Source of the DNA: Anthoceros angustus
Taxonomy: Eukaryota; Plantae; Anthocerotophyta
Reading direction: 5' to 3'
DNA length: 64,000 nucleotides
Assembly: GCA_010909165.1 (NCBI GenBank)
Contig: VJWM01000287.1
Location: 1 to 64,000 of the forward strand
Of this stretch, positions 61,760-64,000 are shown piece after piece. Each line of letters begins with the position of its first letter. The stretch's first letter is position 1. Below the pieces are notes generated by a model. It was not told the origin of the DNA. It was given only the letters and a program-made list of their open reading frames with translations, and did not search any database. The translations under genes and the position numbers were made by a program.

Positions 61760-64000
61760 TCATTTGAAAGAGAATGTTTCAGGGTTTGTCTCGCCGAAAA
61801 CGGACATCAAACTCCCCAAGAATGGGTGGAAAACGGATGCATAACAAGATTGCAGTAGAATGTTTCTTCCAGTCTGGAAGAAACATTCTGAGATCGCTTC
61901 ATGCACCATTTGCAGAATGCCCTGGCCAATATCTAGAATGGGCTACAGAATGATATGTCTGTACTTTGGTTTGGCATCCAAATGCTTGCGGTATCATTGA
62001 AAAACGGATGCACAAGAACGAGAATGCAGCAGGAGGTTTTTGCTGACTTTTGCATGCACAATTCACGGATTTCTGTGCCCAATAGCTTGAATGGAAGGTC
62101 TATGCAGGGGTTACAGAATGATATGTCTGTATTGTGTTTTGGACCCGAAACAACGGAGTTCTTGTTGTAAGATGGATTGCGACAATCGCGTTGCAGGTGA
62201 GTGAGCAAAGACAAAAACGTGGCCAGCCTTTGCACAATCGGCAAGGATCGGCATTTCTACTTAATCGATTCACTGAAGGCAGCCTTCCCTGCAGCTTGTT
62301 TAGCAAATGTAGGGCGCTTTGCCTTCGGAGGCAGTTTCCATGATGGACTGTTTTCCCAAAACGGTTTCTTCCTCTTCAAGCTATTGTCGGACACTTCGCC
62401 TCTTGGCAAGAGGTATGGAATCTGCATTAGACTATTCTCCTCAGCTTCTGCAGCCACACCCTCTAATTGCCGGAACACATCCTGTATCAGTGCAACTGCA
62501 TGGGCCTCAATGCCAGGTTTCCTCTATACTAAACTTGATATGTTTTCCCAAATAGCTGCTAAGTTCATTTGGCGGGGGGACAAGAGCTCTCGTAATCCCG
62601 TTTGTTCCAGCACCCACAGCTTGTGACAAAGGACGATGCACAATTGTCAGCTCGTTTCGAACACTACCACAAAGTTCAGCCTCCCGGCAGAAAATAGAGG
62701 TGCTTGTCTATACGATTCTTGTGAAGTAGCCAGATGCATATATACCCACAAGGGTTTCTGTGGGCACTACTTCCTGCAAGAGCATCATGACCTTCACTTG
62801 ATGCTTACAAAGAAACCCAGATGAAATCTTGCATGCAGCTGCCCCAAGGAGAGCCGGCGTTAAACACATGATAAGCCTTGTCCTTCTTTGCATTCTCGCT
62901 CCTCACGATAGCATATGGTTGCCCAGTACAAGGTAGGGATACATCGGACTCTGGGATTTCCAATGCTTTGTTCAAAGCACTCGACAACCTTTCTTGCTTA
63001 TTATTCCTAATGATGCCACCGCTTACATTGTCTTTGGTACCAAAATGTCTGCTCACTTCTCGTCAGATATGTAAAAGCCGAGTCTCGCTACGAAGATTCT
63101 TCTTGTGAGGAGACAACGGTACTTAAGGTGACGGCGATAAGCTTTGATCAAGAGTTGCGTCTTGGCCTGCATGAGGTATAGTCCTTCGCCTTTATCCACA
63201 TGTCCATGACATCCCCCACGCTGAAAATAATGCACAATCGGCTTCCAGGCACCATACACCTCGTAAAACTCTTGAAGCTTCATCCGGCTGATGCTAGATC
63301 ATTCCTTGAGTCCATGTCCATGTACATAACATTTCCCAAGGCCTTCATCATGGCTGCCACTTTATGACTTGACTTTCTTCAAGAGCCGCAACCACGCCCA
63401 GACATGCCATAGACAGAGGAACACAAGAGTTGTGCTGCCAAATACTTACTTTTATCTCCGCCGCATACCATCGACAAGGAAAGCCGAGGATGCCAATCTA
63501 ACGTAGGACGCAATTTCCTTTGCAAAGCCGTTAACCACATGGCCATGTGTTCTGCAGTAGATTGACTGGTCACTACCCAGGCCACCGGTATGCCATTGCG
63601 GTGATCATCGAACACCAGCAAAGTGAACAATTGAAACTGAAATAAAGAGAAAGCGAGTTAGGAAGCCAGCATCCCACAATCTTGTGTTTGAAATGCAAAG
63701 AATCTAACCTTCCACTTGTTGGTGCCGAATGTGGCATCCATTGAAATGATGGATTGATGCCCCCAGTGAAGCATGCATTCCTCATGGAATCTTGTTTGAA
63801 ACCCTAAAGTAAAATGTGTGCCCTCCATCGAAGCACCAGGTGGTGGGAAGAAAACAATATCCCTGTGGATGTCAATCCATAGCTTGACACTGACTTCATC
63901 AATGGTATGGAGTCTCCAAGTCCTTGCATCCAACTCACCGCAAGTTGCGTATGTCCTTAGGCAAGAGAAAATCATCTCTATAAGATGTTAGGATCCCCTT
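61760..64000 (-). pseudogene. MULE-type transposase / SWIM zinc-finger gene, degenerate, runs off the window
   Basis: SMDATFGTNKWK|72-nt intron 63637-63708|FQLFTLLVFDDHRNGIPVAWVVT; SWIM-like CKHQVKV at ~62800; frameshifts. Confidence 0.85.

Overview
Eukaryotic land-plant nuclear DNA: GT-AG introns, a plastid-targeted ferredoxin, and plant-type transposons. The exact lineage cannot be fixed from the sequence. The first ~44.4 kb is a nested transposon island. It holds a degenerate chromovirus-like Ty3/gypsy element (family 'G1', ~420-8490, minus strand), Athila/Tat-like integrase fragments ('G2'), and a CACTA/En-Spm element. It also holds an AT-rich duplicated block with atypical RING-H2 genes followed by a 51-nt (17-aa) repeat, and at least five pieces of an unclassified GC-rich element. 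That element has no visible gag/pol, carries one conserved orphan coiled-coil ORF, has two different termini, and mostly sits inside G1 sequence. The last ~20 kb is gene-bearing: a lipase-3 pseudogene, an intact F-box gene, a 78-bp satellite, a [2Fe-2S] ferredoxin, a glyoxal oxidase, a variant tRNA-Ala(TGC) followed by tandem repeats, and a MULE/SWIM transposase remnant. All homologies were found by eye, so repeat boundaries are approximate. The many 1-2 bp indels in repeats may partly be unpolished assembly errors.
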